Numbered from the stretch's first letter, positions 8,140-15,997 are shown. The stretch is DNA of 20,202 nucleotides from Candidatus Kaiserbacteria bacterium (GCA_026996985.1 JALWJR010000028.1:1-20202); one strand, 5' to 3'. Numbers and translations: made by a program. The notes: generated from the letters alone by a model not told the origin.

Positions 8140-9213
8140 ATGCAAAAGCCTGCAATTTCAAAAATATGGAGACTGTTTCCTCCAATTGAGTTTTTGTATA
8201 TGCCAACCGGGGCGATTGATTTTTCAAGTTCCTCTATAAAATACATGGAAGCCAAACTTTCAGCCGAAGGTTACATACCTTTCAATAAACAAAAAATAGA
8301 TATAGACACCGGAGTTATAATAGACGGAGCTGTTGCCGATGAAGAGGCTTTGATTGAATATCTTTCACAGTTAAAAACAAAAAGAAAATTTGTCTCAATA
8401 AGTATTCCCGGCGAGAGGGCTTTTTTGTTTACCGTTCCGGTTAAACATGCGGATGAGTCAATTGAAGATTTGGTCAATTTTTCGCTTGATGAGAATGTTC
8501 CGCTGGATTCCAGTTTGACAATAGCGGATTATGAATTGATTCAAAGAGGTGGCAAAACTTTTGTATCGGTTGTTGCTTATGAAGATGAAGTTATTCAGTC
8601 ATATATTCGTCCTCTCTCTTACGCCGGTTTTGAAGTTGTGCGGGTTGAGCCCGAATCATTTGCCATTGCTCGCTCTGTTGCGCCGAATAAAGAGGGCACT
8701 TTTATGATAATTGATATAGGGGCAAACAGAACAAACATAATAGTTTCAGTCGGTAGCGTGCCGGTTTTTTCAGCAAATGTAAATTTTGGCATGAGAGAGA
8801 TAACAGAAAAAATCATGAACGCTTACAATTGCTCTTTGGAAGAAGCCTACGACATTCAAAACCATGTGGGAATTCAAACCGACAATAAAACTTTAAAAAG
8901 AGATATTAAAATTCACATTAAAGAGATGGTTCAAGAAATATCCAAACACTACAATTTCTGGGACTCACGGAGAGACAAAAACGGTAATCGCATTGAAAGA
9001 ATTGAAAATGTGTTTTTAAGTGGGGGCGGGGGAGCTCTTTTGGGTCTTAAAGAAGAAATATCAAGTAAGTTGCATGTTTATGTGGAGCATGCAAACGTTT
9101 GGCAACACTTATTTGATTTGAATAAAAGAGTTCCAAAAATAAGTCGCACCGCTTCTTTGCAGTATGCCGCCACCGCCGGGCTTTTAGTAGCTGATATAAA
9201 TTCTTGCTTATGA
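8140..9213 (+). CDS. pilM: type IV pilus assembly protein PilM (actin-like ATPase fold)
   Basis: GAIDFSSSSIKY, IDIGANRTNI and VFLSGGGGALLGL phosphate-binding-like motifs. Followed by pilN/pilO-like genes. ATG 8140 sits 6 nt after TGGTATAAT. Confidence 0.75.
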   Translation: MQKPAISKIWRLFPPIEFLYMPTGAIDFSSSSIKYMEAKLSAEGYIPFNKQKIDIDTGVIIDGAVADEEALIEYLSQLKTKRKFVSISIPGERAFLFTVPVKHADESIEDLVNFSLDENVPLDSSLTIADYELIQRGGKTFVSVVAYEDEVIQSYIRPLSYAGFEVVRVEPESFAIARSVAPNKEGTFMIIDIGANRTNIIVSVGSVPVFSANVNFGMREITEKIMNAYNCSLEEAYDIQNHVGIQTDNKTLKRDIKIHIKEMVQEISKHYNFWDSRRDKNGNRIERIENVFLSGGGGALLGLKEEISSKLHVYVEHANVWQHLFDLNKRVPKISRTASLQYAATAGLLVADINSCL

Positions 9214-9767
9214 ATTTACTTCCCGATCGGCTAAAAATTTTGCAAAAATGGAGAGTGCGTTTAAGGGCTATTTTGACAGCGCTTGTGCTTGTCAATTTTG
9301 TTCTGCTAACCGCTTTTTTTGTCACCGTACCCATGTTTTTTTGGGCAAACTTGAAAATAAAAGAGTTTAAAAATGAATTGACTCAAACCAAATCAAATAT
9401 AGACATTTCCAAATACAGGGAAGATCTAAAACATATTAAAGATATGATTTCAAAAATTGAGTCAATAGATAAGATAAGAGATGACGCTTTGGTGGATGAT
9501 ATTTTTGTCTTATCTGAATCTGCATTTTTAAATGGGGGGATAAACATCACTTCTTTTAAAAGTTCTTTATCAAAAGACGGAAAGGAGGTAAATATCACCA
9601 TATCTGCAACAGCGAAAAACAGGGACTACATCTCAATGTGGCAGAAAGCAATTAAAAAAACCGGCAGGTTTAAAGAAATTTCTTTACCGATCTCTTCGCT
9701 TGCTCAAAAAGAAAACATTTCATTTGTGCTAAAATTAAAAAGAGACAAATATGATAAGAAGAATTAA
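9210..9767 (+). CDS. pilN: PilN-like pilus assembly protein
   Basis: MNLLPDRLK start, single TM, coiled-coil region. ATGA overlap with the pilM stop. Confidence 0.6.
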   Translation: MNLLPDRLKILQKWRVRLRAILTALVLVNFVLLTAFFVTVPMFFWANLKIKEFKNELTQTKSNIDISKYREDLKHIKDMISKIESIDKIRDDALVDDIFVLSESAFLNGGINITSFKSSLSKDGKEVNITISATAKNRDYISMWQKAIKKTGRFKEISLPISSLAQKENISFVLKLKRDKYDKKN

Positions 9768-10257
9768 AACACATATTTTTTTGCTTTTGTTCTTTACCTT
9801 GACTTTGGCCTCTTTCTTTAGTTTATGGTGGTGGATGAGAGGTGAGTTTAAAAGTAAAAAAACGGAACTTTCTTCAATACAAAAAGAAGTTGTTCAATTA
9901 AAGTTTAGGGAGCTTTATGCCAAATCGTTTGACTCTTTGTTAAATGAAATAAGCGAGCAAGAACAAGAGTTACTTGATTTGTTCGTTTCAGAAGATGATA
10001 TACCGACTGTTTTGGAGAATCTTGAGCAAAATGATTTTTTAAAAAGAACCAATATGAAGATAAGCTCCCTGAAGCCCAATAATGAAAATATCATCATAAA
10101 GATTAAAGGTACCGGCTCGTTTGTGGCCACGGTCAAGGCGCTGGACTATTTGGCTAATATTCCGAAAGCCGCTTTTCTAAAATCATTTAATTTAACTTAT
10201 CAAGACAATGCAGCTTTGTGGAAATATGATGCGGAAGTTGTTTTATTAAAAAAATAG
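9751..10257 (+). CDS. pilO: PilO-like pilus assembly protein
   Basis: N-terminal TM, coiled coil and small C-terminal domain. Overlaps the end of pilN. Called from position and architecture only. Confidence 0.5.
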   Translation: MIRRIKTHIFLLLFFTLTLASFFSLWWWMRGEFKSKKTELSSIQKEVVQLKFRELYAKSFDSLLNEISEQEQELLDLFVSEDDIPTVLENLEQNDFLKRTNMKISSLKPNNENIIIKIKGTGSFVATVKALDYLANIPKAAFLKSFNLTYQDNAALWKYDAEVVLLKK

Positions 10258-10262
10258 AACTT

Positions 10263-10622
10263 ATGCAAAACCAGACACAAATTAAAACACCTTTGTATTT
10301 CCTTAAAAAAGCCGCAAATTTCATAAAATTTAAATGGAAACAATTTAAGGAAGGAATTTCTTGTGCTACGTTTTTGATGAAGATCTGGATTGTTGCTGTT
10401 TTATTGTGGATTGTCGGTTTGTTTGTTGTCACTTTTATCTCAGGTGTTTATTCTTTTGATAATTTACTGTCAAATTTTACCGTACCGTCAATTGAATCTG
10501 TACAAAAACAACAGCTGGAAAGCTTGCTTGAATATTTCAACATGAGAAAAACCGGTAAATCTTTACACACCAATTACGAGGAACTGATAGATCCGGCTTT
10601 TATTTTCATTCCCGAGAAGTAA
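10263..10622 (+). CDS. hypothetical single-TM protein, last gene of the pil cluster
   Basis: 119-aa ORF with TM IWIVAVLLWIVGLFVVTFISGV, 5 nt after the pilO stop. Confidence 0.45.
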   Translation: MQNQTQIKTPLYFLKKAANFIKFKWKQFKEGISCATFLMKIWIVAVLLWIVGLFVVTFISGVYSFDNLLSNFTVPSIESVQKQQLESLLEYFNMRKTGKSLHTNYEELIDPAFIFIPEK

Positions 10623-10660
10623 TGGACAATAGCGCAATTTTGCATTATTATGAGCCCACT

Positions 10661-10732
10661 GTCCCCGTAGTTTAATGGATAAAACAGGTGGCTTCTACCC
10701 ACCCGATGGGGGTTCGAGTCCTCCCGGGGACA
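10661..10732 (+). tRNA. tRNA-Arg (anticodon TCT)
   Basis: Acceptor GTCCCCG/CGGGGAC, anticodon stem GGTGG/CCACC, loop CTTCTAC, T arm GGGGG TTCGAGT CCTCC. Confidence 0.9.
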
Positions 10733-10938
10733 CAAAACAAGAAGCGCAAAGCGAACGCTTTGCGCGACTATGTTTTGTTAAACCCGGGAGGATCTCGAAA
10801 AAAGGCGCGCGCGAAGCCCACAAAGACACGGGTGTGTCTTTGTGGAGCGTGCCGTCGGGGCAGCGGGCACTTAGCGCTTTTGCCGAGTGAAAGGAGGCAA
10901 AAAGCTTAGTGCCGGCGCCGAGTCCTCCCGGGGACACA
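10733..10938 (+). other. tRNA-3'-end-capped structured insertion, Arg copy: trailer hairpin, guide-like strand, GGATCTCGAAA core, two hairpins, exact tRNA 3'-end copy
   Basis: Trailer hairpin 10733..10777. cccgggagga (10783..10792) is complementary to tcctcccggg. Hairpins 10818..10845 and 10866..10913. The 20-mer cgagtcctcccggggacaca occurs at 10715..10734 and 10919..10938. Confidence 0.6.
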
Positions 10939-10940
10939 TA

Positions 10941-11013
10941 GAATATCAAATCCTCAAAGCAACGCTTTGGGGATTTTTGATATTCTTGGCACCGGGAGGA
11001 CCTCGAAAAGAGG
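10941..11013 (+). repeat. second trailer hairpin plus a second guide-like strand and core (accgggaggacctcgaaaagagg)
   Basis: Hairpin gaatatcaaa...tttgatattc at 10941..10985. Core at 10991..11013 repeats the layout of 10783..10808. Confidence 0.6.
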
Positions 11014-11083
11014 CGCCCCGCACCATGCACGCATGATGCGGACATGCCCGCACCATACGTACCAATTCGTATACATAATAAAA
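11014..11083 (+). repeat. Z module: palindromic hairpin ccgcaccatgcacgcatgatgcgg flanked by two gcccgcaccat-like motifs, plus a 33-nt tail
   Basis: Near-identical first part at 19317..19350. tgcccgcaccatac also occurs at 13530..13543. The tail is the exact reverse complement of 13596..13628. Confidence 0.6.
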
Positions 11084-11135
11084 GATACTAATTGATGTTT
11101 GACCAAACTCGCACAAGCAACTAAAATATACCGTT

Positions 11136-12095
11136 ATGTCCATGTTGATTTTAATACTTGCTTTGTTGATATCTTTTTTTGTTATTATCAAATCGGCAGA
11201 TTATTTCGTAGACGGCGCAGCATCTTTGGCTAAACGATTAAATGTTCCCACGTTTGTAATCGGCGTATCTGTAATAGCTGTGGGAACATCGGCCCCGGAG
11301 CTTTTTGTAAACGCTACGGCGGCATTTTCCGGAGCAACATCTTTATCCATAGGTAATGTTTTGGGTAGCAATTTGATAAATATACTTTTAGGCTTGGGAG
11401 TGGCGTCAATATTTAGGCCACTCTCGGTTCATTCGCGCACTGTGTGGAAAGAGTTGCCTTTTATGCTTCTTTCCTCTGTGGTTTTGTTTTTGATGGGAGC
11501 GGGATATTTTTTTGGGCCATATGGAGACAATGTTATATCTCGCGCGGATGCTCTGATACTTCTTTCGTTTTTTGTAATTTTTATGGTTTACGCTTTTGGT
11601 ATAAACACAGATCAAGATGAGCATACAAAAATACGGTCTTTTTCAATGGTAAAATCGGTTGCGTTAACTTTCATGGGAATTGCGGGTCTTATAGTTTTTA
11701 GCAAGATACTGGTTTGGAGTGCCACCACCTTGTCTTCAATTTTGGGAATATCTCAAAACCTGATAGGGCTTACCGTGGTTGCCGTAGGTACATCTTTACC
11801 GGAGATAGTAACAGCTGTTTCTGCGGTAAGAAAAGGTTTGGTTGATTTGGTTGTAGGTGGTATGGTAGGTTCCAACATCTTTAACATTTTTCTTATTTTG
11901 TCTGTTACAGCCCTTATTCATCCGATAAAATTTAGCAATGACAATATAGTTGACACTTTTACTTTAACTGCGATATCAACAATTCTGTTTATGATAATGT
12001 TTGTCGGCAAAAAACACACCCTTCAGAGGTCTCAAGGTATAGCTTTTGTTGCATTGTATATCTTCTATATCATTTTTGCCATCTTAAGAGGGTAG
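11136..12095 (+). CDS. Ca2+/Na+ antiporter, CaCA family (YrbG-like)
   Basis: About 10 TM segments with two alpha-repeat signatures (GTSAPELF and GTSLPEIV). Confidence 0.8.
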   Translation: MSMLILILALLISFFVIIKSADYFVDGAASLAKRLNVPTFVIGVSVIAVGTSAPELFVNATAAFSGATSLSIGNVLGSNLINILLGLGVASIFRPLSVHSRTVWKELPFMLLSSVVLFLMGAGYFFGPYGDNVISRADALILLSFFVIFMVYAFGINTDQDEHTKIRSFSMVKSVALTFMGIAGLIVFSKILVWSATTLSSILGISQNLIGLTVVAVGTSLPEIVTAVSAVRKGLVDLVVGGMVGSNIFNIFLILSVTALIHPIKFSNDNIVDTFTLTAISTILFMIMFVGKKHTLQRSQGIAFVALYIFYIIFAILRG

Positions 12096-12164
12096 TTTGC
12101 AGATAATATAAAAATACTTATACTCAAACAAGGAACATCACAACCTAAATCAAAGGAGGAAAAA

Positions 12165-13433
12165 ATGCACACCGTTAACTTGAGGCGAGTTGTTGTCACC
12201 GGTATGGGCGCGGTCACACCTTTGGGCAACTCTTCGGAGGAGATTGTCGCTAACTTGCGCGCACAGAAAAGCGGTGTTGTTTTCTCGGAAGACTATGCTC
12301 GCGCCGGCTTTAAAAGCCAAGTGTGGGCTCCTGTTGATGAGAAACCTTTGCGTTATGAAGTTGGAAGGAGGCGCCTGCGTTTTGCTGGGATTGGCAAACA
12401 GCTCCTTTTGGGGCTTGCAGCTTTTGACAGAGCCGTTTGTGATGCCAACCTGGCTCGTGAGAAGATTGCAGAGCGTCCGGATATTGCACTTGTTGCCGCT
12501 CAAGGAGGTCCCTCAACGCAAGACCAATGTCGCGCGTGGGATATTTTAAACGAACAAGGAAGCCCTAAAAAGATAGGCCCGTTTTCCGTGGTTCCCACAA
12601 TGAACTCCGGACTCTCGGCTTTGATCGCGGTGGACTATAACCTGAATGGCGCATCTTTTGCCGTCTCATCTGCTTGCGCCTCTTCTGCGCACGCAATAGG
12701 TGAGGCGGCGATTATGGTTGCCACCGGACGCGCAAATATCGCATTTGCCGGTGGGGCAGAAGACGCGCACATCAGCAAAGCGATGGGTTTTGATGCAATG
12801 AGAGCGCTTTCCACCTCTTTTAATGATAAACCTAAGAGTGCATCGCGTCCATTTTCAGTTGAGCGCGATGGTTTTGTGGAAGGCGAAGGTGCCGGATTTC
12901 TCGTGCTTGAGGAGTATGCACATGCGGTCAAGCGCGGAGCGCGCATTTATGCGGAAGTTGTCGGCTATGGTGCAACATCCGATGGGTACTCCATGGTAGA
13001 GCCCTCTGGCGAAGGTGCAATACGCGCCATGGTTCAGGCACTTACCACTTTGGGTGGTATACCTGTCCGTGGCGAGCCGCTTGAGGTTGACTACCTCAAC
13101 GCGCATGGCACCGGCACACCGAAAGGTGACCTAAAAGAGGCTGAAGCGGTGGCTCGCACTTTCGGTTTTGAAGTGCCTCTTATCTCATCAACCAAATCTC
13201 TCACCGGTCACGCGCTTGGTGCGGCTGGGGCCTGTGAGGTTATCTACACTTTGCTCATGTTGCACCATGGTTTTGTAGCCGGAACAGCAAATTTGAATCC
13301 GGATCCCGCTTTACCGGAGGTGGTGCAAAAAAGGCTTATATTTGAAAGCCATGATGCCAAATTGCGCACCGTTATGTCAAATTCGTTCGGCTTCGGTGGC
13401 GCCAATGCCTCGCTCGTTTTTGCAAGCCTGTAA
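12165..13433 (+). CDS. fabB: beta-ketoacyl-ACP synthase, KAS I (FabB)-like
   Basis: Cys-His-His triad contexts SSACASSAH, NAHGTGTP and TGHALGAAG. Long recalled matches to E. coli FabB (RIYAEVVGYGATSDG, MVEPSGEGA, TVMSNSFGFGGANA). Strong SD aaggagg at 12153..12159. Confidence 0.9.
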   Translation: MHTVNLRRVVVTGMGAVTPLGNSSEEIVANLRAQKSGVVFSEDYARAGFKSQVWAPVDEKPLRYEVGRRRLRFAGIGKQLLLGLAAFDRAVCDANLAREKIAERPDIALVAAQGGPSTQDQCRAWDILNEQGSPKKIGPFSVVPTMNSGLSALIAVDYNLNGASFAVSSACASSAHAIGEAAIMVATGRANIAFAGGAEDAHISKAMGFDAMRALSTSFNDKPKSASRPFSVERDGFVEGEGAGFLVLEEYAHAVKRGARIYAEVVGYGATSDGYSMVEPSGEGAIRAMVQALTTLGGIPVRGEPLEVDYLNAHGTGTPKGDLKEAEAVARTFGFEVPLISSTKSLTGHALGAAGACEVIYTLLMLHHGFVAGTANLNPDPALPEVVQKRLIFESHDAKLRTVMSNSFGFGGANASLVFASL

Positions 13434-13440
13434 CGATACA

Positions 13441-13470
13441 CGCCCTCTCGCTAACGCGAGAGGGCGTTTT
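13441..13470 (+). terminator. rho-independent terminator after the fabB-like gene
   Basis: 11-bp GC stem cgccctctcgc/gcgagagggcg, loop taac, followed by TTTT. Confidence 0.8.
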
Positions 13471-13493
13471 GTGATAAGTTATATGTTCGTTGC

Positions 13494-13554
13494 GATGCAG
13501 ACCAACATGCATCGTGCGTGGTGTGGGCCTGCCCGCACCATACTACACTGCATC
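13494..13554 (+). repeat. Z-like palindromic element (gatgcag...ctgcatc closing stem; inner tggtgtggg/cccgcacca)
   Basis: Shares tgcccgcaccatac with 11045..11058. On the minus strand, gcccacacca copies the tRNA-Val 3' end. Confidence 0.5.
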
Positions 13555-13595
13555 ATTACCCACTTTCTCTACGATATCATTCACAGCGCTTTACT

Positions 13596-13628
13596 TTTTA
13601 TTATGTATACGAATTGGTACGTATGGTG
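13596..13628 (-). repeat. 33-nt tRNA-Val trailer, exact inverted copy of 11051..11083
   Basis: The reverse complement reads caccatacgtaccaattcgtatacataataaaa, identical to 11051..11083. Confidence 0.9.
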
Positions 13629-13702
13629 TGGGCGATGTTGGGCTCGAACCAACGACCTTCCGCTTGTAAGGCGGACGCTCTAGCCAACTGAGCTAATCGC
13701 CC
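13629..13702 (-). tRNA. tRNA-Val (anticodon TAC)
   Basis: Acceptor GGGCGAT/ATCGCCC, D arm GCTC..GAGC, anticodon stem TCCGC/GCGGA, loop CTTACAA, T arm GTTGG TTCGAGC CCAAC. Confidence 0.9.
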
Positions 13703-13744
13703 GTGCATTAAATATATCAAAAGCAAAACTCCTGTCAACAAATA

Positions 13745-13880
13745 ACCCCCTCGGGAGGCTAAGCCTGAGTCCGAGGGGGAGCAAATCTCTGGTCGGGGCT
13801 GTCGCAATTTCGCGACCACCCCCGCCCCGTGCTGGGGGATCAGGGGAGGGTGCGGGAGTGCCCAATGGGGAGCCCCGTTG
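13745..13880. other. unassigned GC-rich structured intergenic block
   Basis: Hairpin ccccctcgg...ccgaggggg at 13746..13779 contains a gagtcc T-loop-like remnant. cggggct (13794..13800) pairs with agccccg (13871..13877). G-tracts lie between them. Confidence 0.35.
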
Positions 13881-13915
13881 AAGGAACTGAATTTATATTA
13901 GTAATCTTTTTTTCT

Positions 13916-13943
13916 TTGTCAAGAGTTTTAAATTTGTTATCAT
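13916..13943 (+). promoter_or_regulatory. putative promoter of uppS (ttgtca, 16-nt spacer, tatcat), 7 nt before the ATG
   Basis: Hexamer match and spacing. No SD between the -10 box and the start codon. Confidence 0.35.
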
Positions 13944-13950
13944 TGTCAGG

Positions 13951-14622
13951 ATGGTAAATTGCGTTGGAATAATTTTAGATGGAAACAGACGTTGGGCAAA
14001 AGAGAAAGGGTTGAGTACATTTGAAGGGCATAAAAAAGGGTTGCATGATGCGCTACTTCCCGTAGTTTTGCATGCCGGCGAGAAGGTGCCTCACTTGGTG
14101 GTTTACGCTTTCTCAACCGAGAATTGGAACAGAAGTGAGGAAGAGGTAACTTACTTGATGGACTTATTTAAACTTTTCTTTAAAAAATATGTAAACAGAC
14201 TCTCCGGAGAAAATATAAAAATAAGAGTAATAGGACAAAAGAGTCGTTTTTCTCCCGAGATACAAAAACTGATACAAGAGGCGGAAGAGAAGACAAAAAA
14301 CAACACAAAAATGACATTTTGGGTGGCGCTTTCATACGGTGGCAGAGCAGAGATTTTAGAAGCGATTGAAAAAGTCTGCTCATCCGGGGCGCATGCTAAG
14401 ACCGAAGAAGATTTTAAAAAATTTCTCTGGACAGCCGAGATGCCGGATCCGGATATTGTGATAAGAACCGGAGGAGAGAAAAGGTTGTCAAATTTTTTGC
14501 TCTGGAGTATTGCGTACAGCGAACTTTTCTTTTTGGACAAATACTGGCCCGACTTTACAGAGCAAGATTTTGACGATATTTTAAAACAATATGAAACCAG
14601 ACAAAGAAGACGTGGACGTTGA
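13951..14622 (+). CDS. uppS: isoprenyl transferase / undecaprenyl diphosphate synthase
   Basis: GIILDGNRRWA, ENWNR and RTGGEKRLSNFLLWS signature motifs. Confidence 0.9.
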   Translation: MVNCVGIILDGNRRWAKEKGLSTFEGHKKGLHDALLPVVLHAGEKVPHLVVYAFSTENWNRSEEEVTYLMDLFKLFFKKYVNRLSGENIKIRVIGQKSRFSPEIQKLIQEAEEKTKNNTKMTFWVALSYGGRAEILEAIEKVCSSGAHAKTEEDFKKFLWTAEMPDPDIVIRTGGEKRLSNFLLWSIAYSELFFLDKYWPDFTEQDFDDILKQYETRQRRRGR

Positions 14623-15367
14623 AATAATTAAAGAAGAAAAGGATTTTTTAATTTTGAACAAACCTTCCGGTATATCGGTTCATCCGGACGGCAAAACTCA
14701 AGAATACACCCTTGCCCATTGGATAGTCGATAACTACCCTCAACTAAAAGAAGTTGGAGAGCCATGGATAACCCCGAAAGGTGAAAGAATAGAGCGCCCC
14801 GGTATTGTCCACAGACTTGATAAAGAGACCAGCGGAATCTTGGTTATTGCCAAAACATCTGAGATGTTTTTTCGCTTGAAGGAGCAGTTTCAAAACAGGC
14901 AAGTTAAAAAAACCTATAAAGCTTTTGTATACGGCACCTTTAAAGAGGATTTTTTTCAAATTGACAAACCGATAGGCAGAAGCCCGAAAGACTTCAGGCG
15001 GTTTTCGGCGCAACCGGGCGCGCGTGGTAAAAAAAGAAATGCGCAAACCTCGGTTAGAGTAATTGAGCAAATCGGCAAAGGAGCAGACGGGTTTGCTTTT
15101 GTTAATTTATACCCCAAAACCGGAAGAACACACCAGTTGAGGGTGCATCTGAAAGCGGTACATCACCCGATTGTGTGTGATAAACTGTATGCCCCCAAAA
15201 GAGAATGTTTCTTTGGTTTTGAACGTTTAGCTCTGCACGCATTTTCTTTGAAGTTTACCGATTTGGCAGGCAAGGAAGTGTATTTTGAAAGCCGACTACC
15301 TTCAGATTTTCAAAATGCGCTTAAAAATTTTAAACATAATGGACCTTTACAAGGTCAAACCTTGTAA
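14591..15367 (+). CDS. RluA-family pseudouridine synthase, no S4 domain
   Basis: FLILNKPSGISVH and HRLDKETSGILVIAKT (catalytic Asp motif), RTHQLRVH. Overlaps the end of uppS by 32 nt. Confidence 0.85.
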   Translation: MKPDKEDVDVEIIKEEKDFLILNKPSGISVHPDGKTQEYTLAHWIVDNYPQLKEVGEPWITPKGERIERPGIVHRLDKETSGILVIAKTSEMFFRLKEQFQNRQVKKTYKAFVYGTFKEDFFQIDKPIGRSPKDFRRFSAQPGARGKKRNAQTSVRVIEQIGKGADGFAFVNLYPKTGRTHQLRVHLKAVHHPIVCDKLYAPKRECFFGFERLALHAFSLKFTDLAGKEVYFESRLPSDFQNALKNFKHNGPLQGQTL

Positions 15368-15436
15368 TATTGCGAAGATTTTATCAGAGAAAAATTGTTT
15401 TGCATTTTTTAAATCTTATGCTAAAGTGTTGCCACT

Positions 15437-15997
15437 ATGAGTATACAAATAAGTCCGGTAGATATGAAAGAGCGTGCCGAGCTTGGCATTAAAGCCGGGG
15501 ATACGGTTCGTGTATGGATAAAAATAGAAGAGAAGGGCAAAACACGCCTACAGCCGTTTGAAGGTTTGGTGATAGCCACAAAACACGGGACTGAGCCCGG
15601 TGCTACTTTTACCGTAAGAAAAGTGGCAAGCGGAGTGGGAGTGGAGAAGATTTTTCCACTTTATTCACCATCAATAGACAAGATAGAAATAACAAAACGC
15701 GCTCGCGTAAGGAAGAGTAAACTTTACTTTATACGTGAAAAAGTTGCCAAGGAGTTGCGTCGTATATTGCGTAAAACCACTGTTGTATCAATAGCAACAA
15801 AAGGCGCAGCCGAACTTGAAGAAGAGAGAAAAAGAGCGGAAGAGGAGGCAAGAAAAAGAGAAGAAGAGCAAAAAGCTCGGGAAGAAGCGGAAAAACAGTC
15901 TCAGGAAGCAGAAAACTCCCAAAATGAAGAGCAAACTCAACCTGAACAGACGGAAGAAACTCCATCTCAAGAAGAAAAAGAATCTGCAGAGAAGTAA
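15437..15997 (+). CDS. rplS: 50S ribosomal protein L19 with an acidic/lysine-rich C-terminal extension
   Basis: FEGLVIATKHGTEPGATFTVRKVASGVGVEKIFPLYSPSIDKIEI core. A tail of roughly 65 aa is rich in E, K and Q. Confidence 0.85.
   Translation: MSIQISPVDMKERAELGIKAGDTVRVWIKIEEKGKTRLQPFEGLVIATKHGTEPGATFTVRKVASGVGVEKIFPLYSPSIDKIEITKRARVRKSKLYFIREKVAKELRRILRKTTVVSIATKGAAELEEERKRAEEEARKREEEQKAREEAEKQSQEAENSQNEEQTQPEQTEETPSQEEKESAEK

Noticed and set aside
10791-10800. Hammerhead-like core suggested by the conserved CTCGAAA
   Set aside because: No CTGATGA box or the required three-stem arrangement is nearby in any of the three copies.
10675-10909. ORFs 10675..10890 and 10688..10909 (+), and their look-alikes 18888..19253 and 18991..19212, whose translations resemble each other
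   Set aside because: They start inside tRNA genes and run through the GC-rich hairpins. The peptide similarity follows from nucleotide conservation. The differences between copies are paired, stem-preserving changes rather than synonymous changes.
10733-10918. Group I intron or archaeal-type T-loop intron interrupting the tRNAs
   Set aside because: The upstream tRNA copies are complete and fold without splicing. The insertion is not in the anticodon loop. I could not identify P3-P7 or G-binding core elements. The gene content is bacterial, so a BHB splicing endonuclease is not expected.
10661-11083. Classical integrase-mediated genomic island at a tRNA (attL/attR)
   Set aside because: The position of the direct repeats fits. 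But the intervening DNA is only about 190 nt, encodes no integrase, and is homologous at three different tRNA species. It is kept as an alternative hypothesis only.
13745-13880. SRP (4.5S) RNA, 6S RNA or tmRNA in the GC-rich intergenic block
   Set aside because: I found no GGAA tetraloop with an AGCA symmetric-loop motif, no tmRNA T-arm/ACCA end and no 6S-like central bubble on either strand. It is left unassigned.
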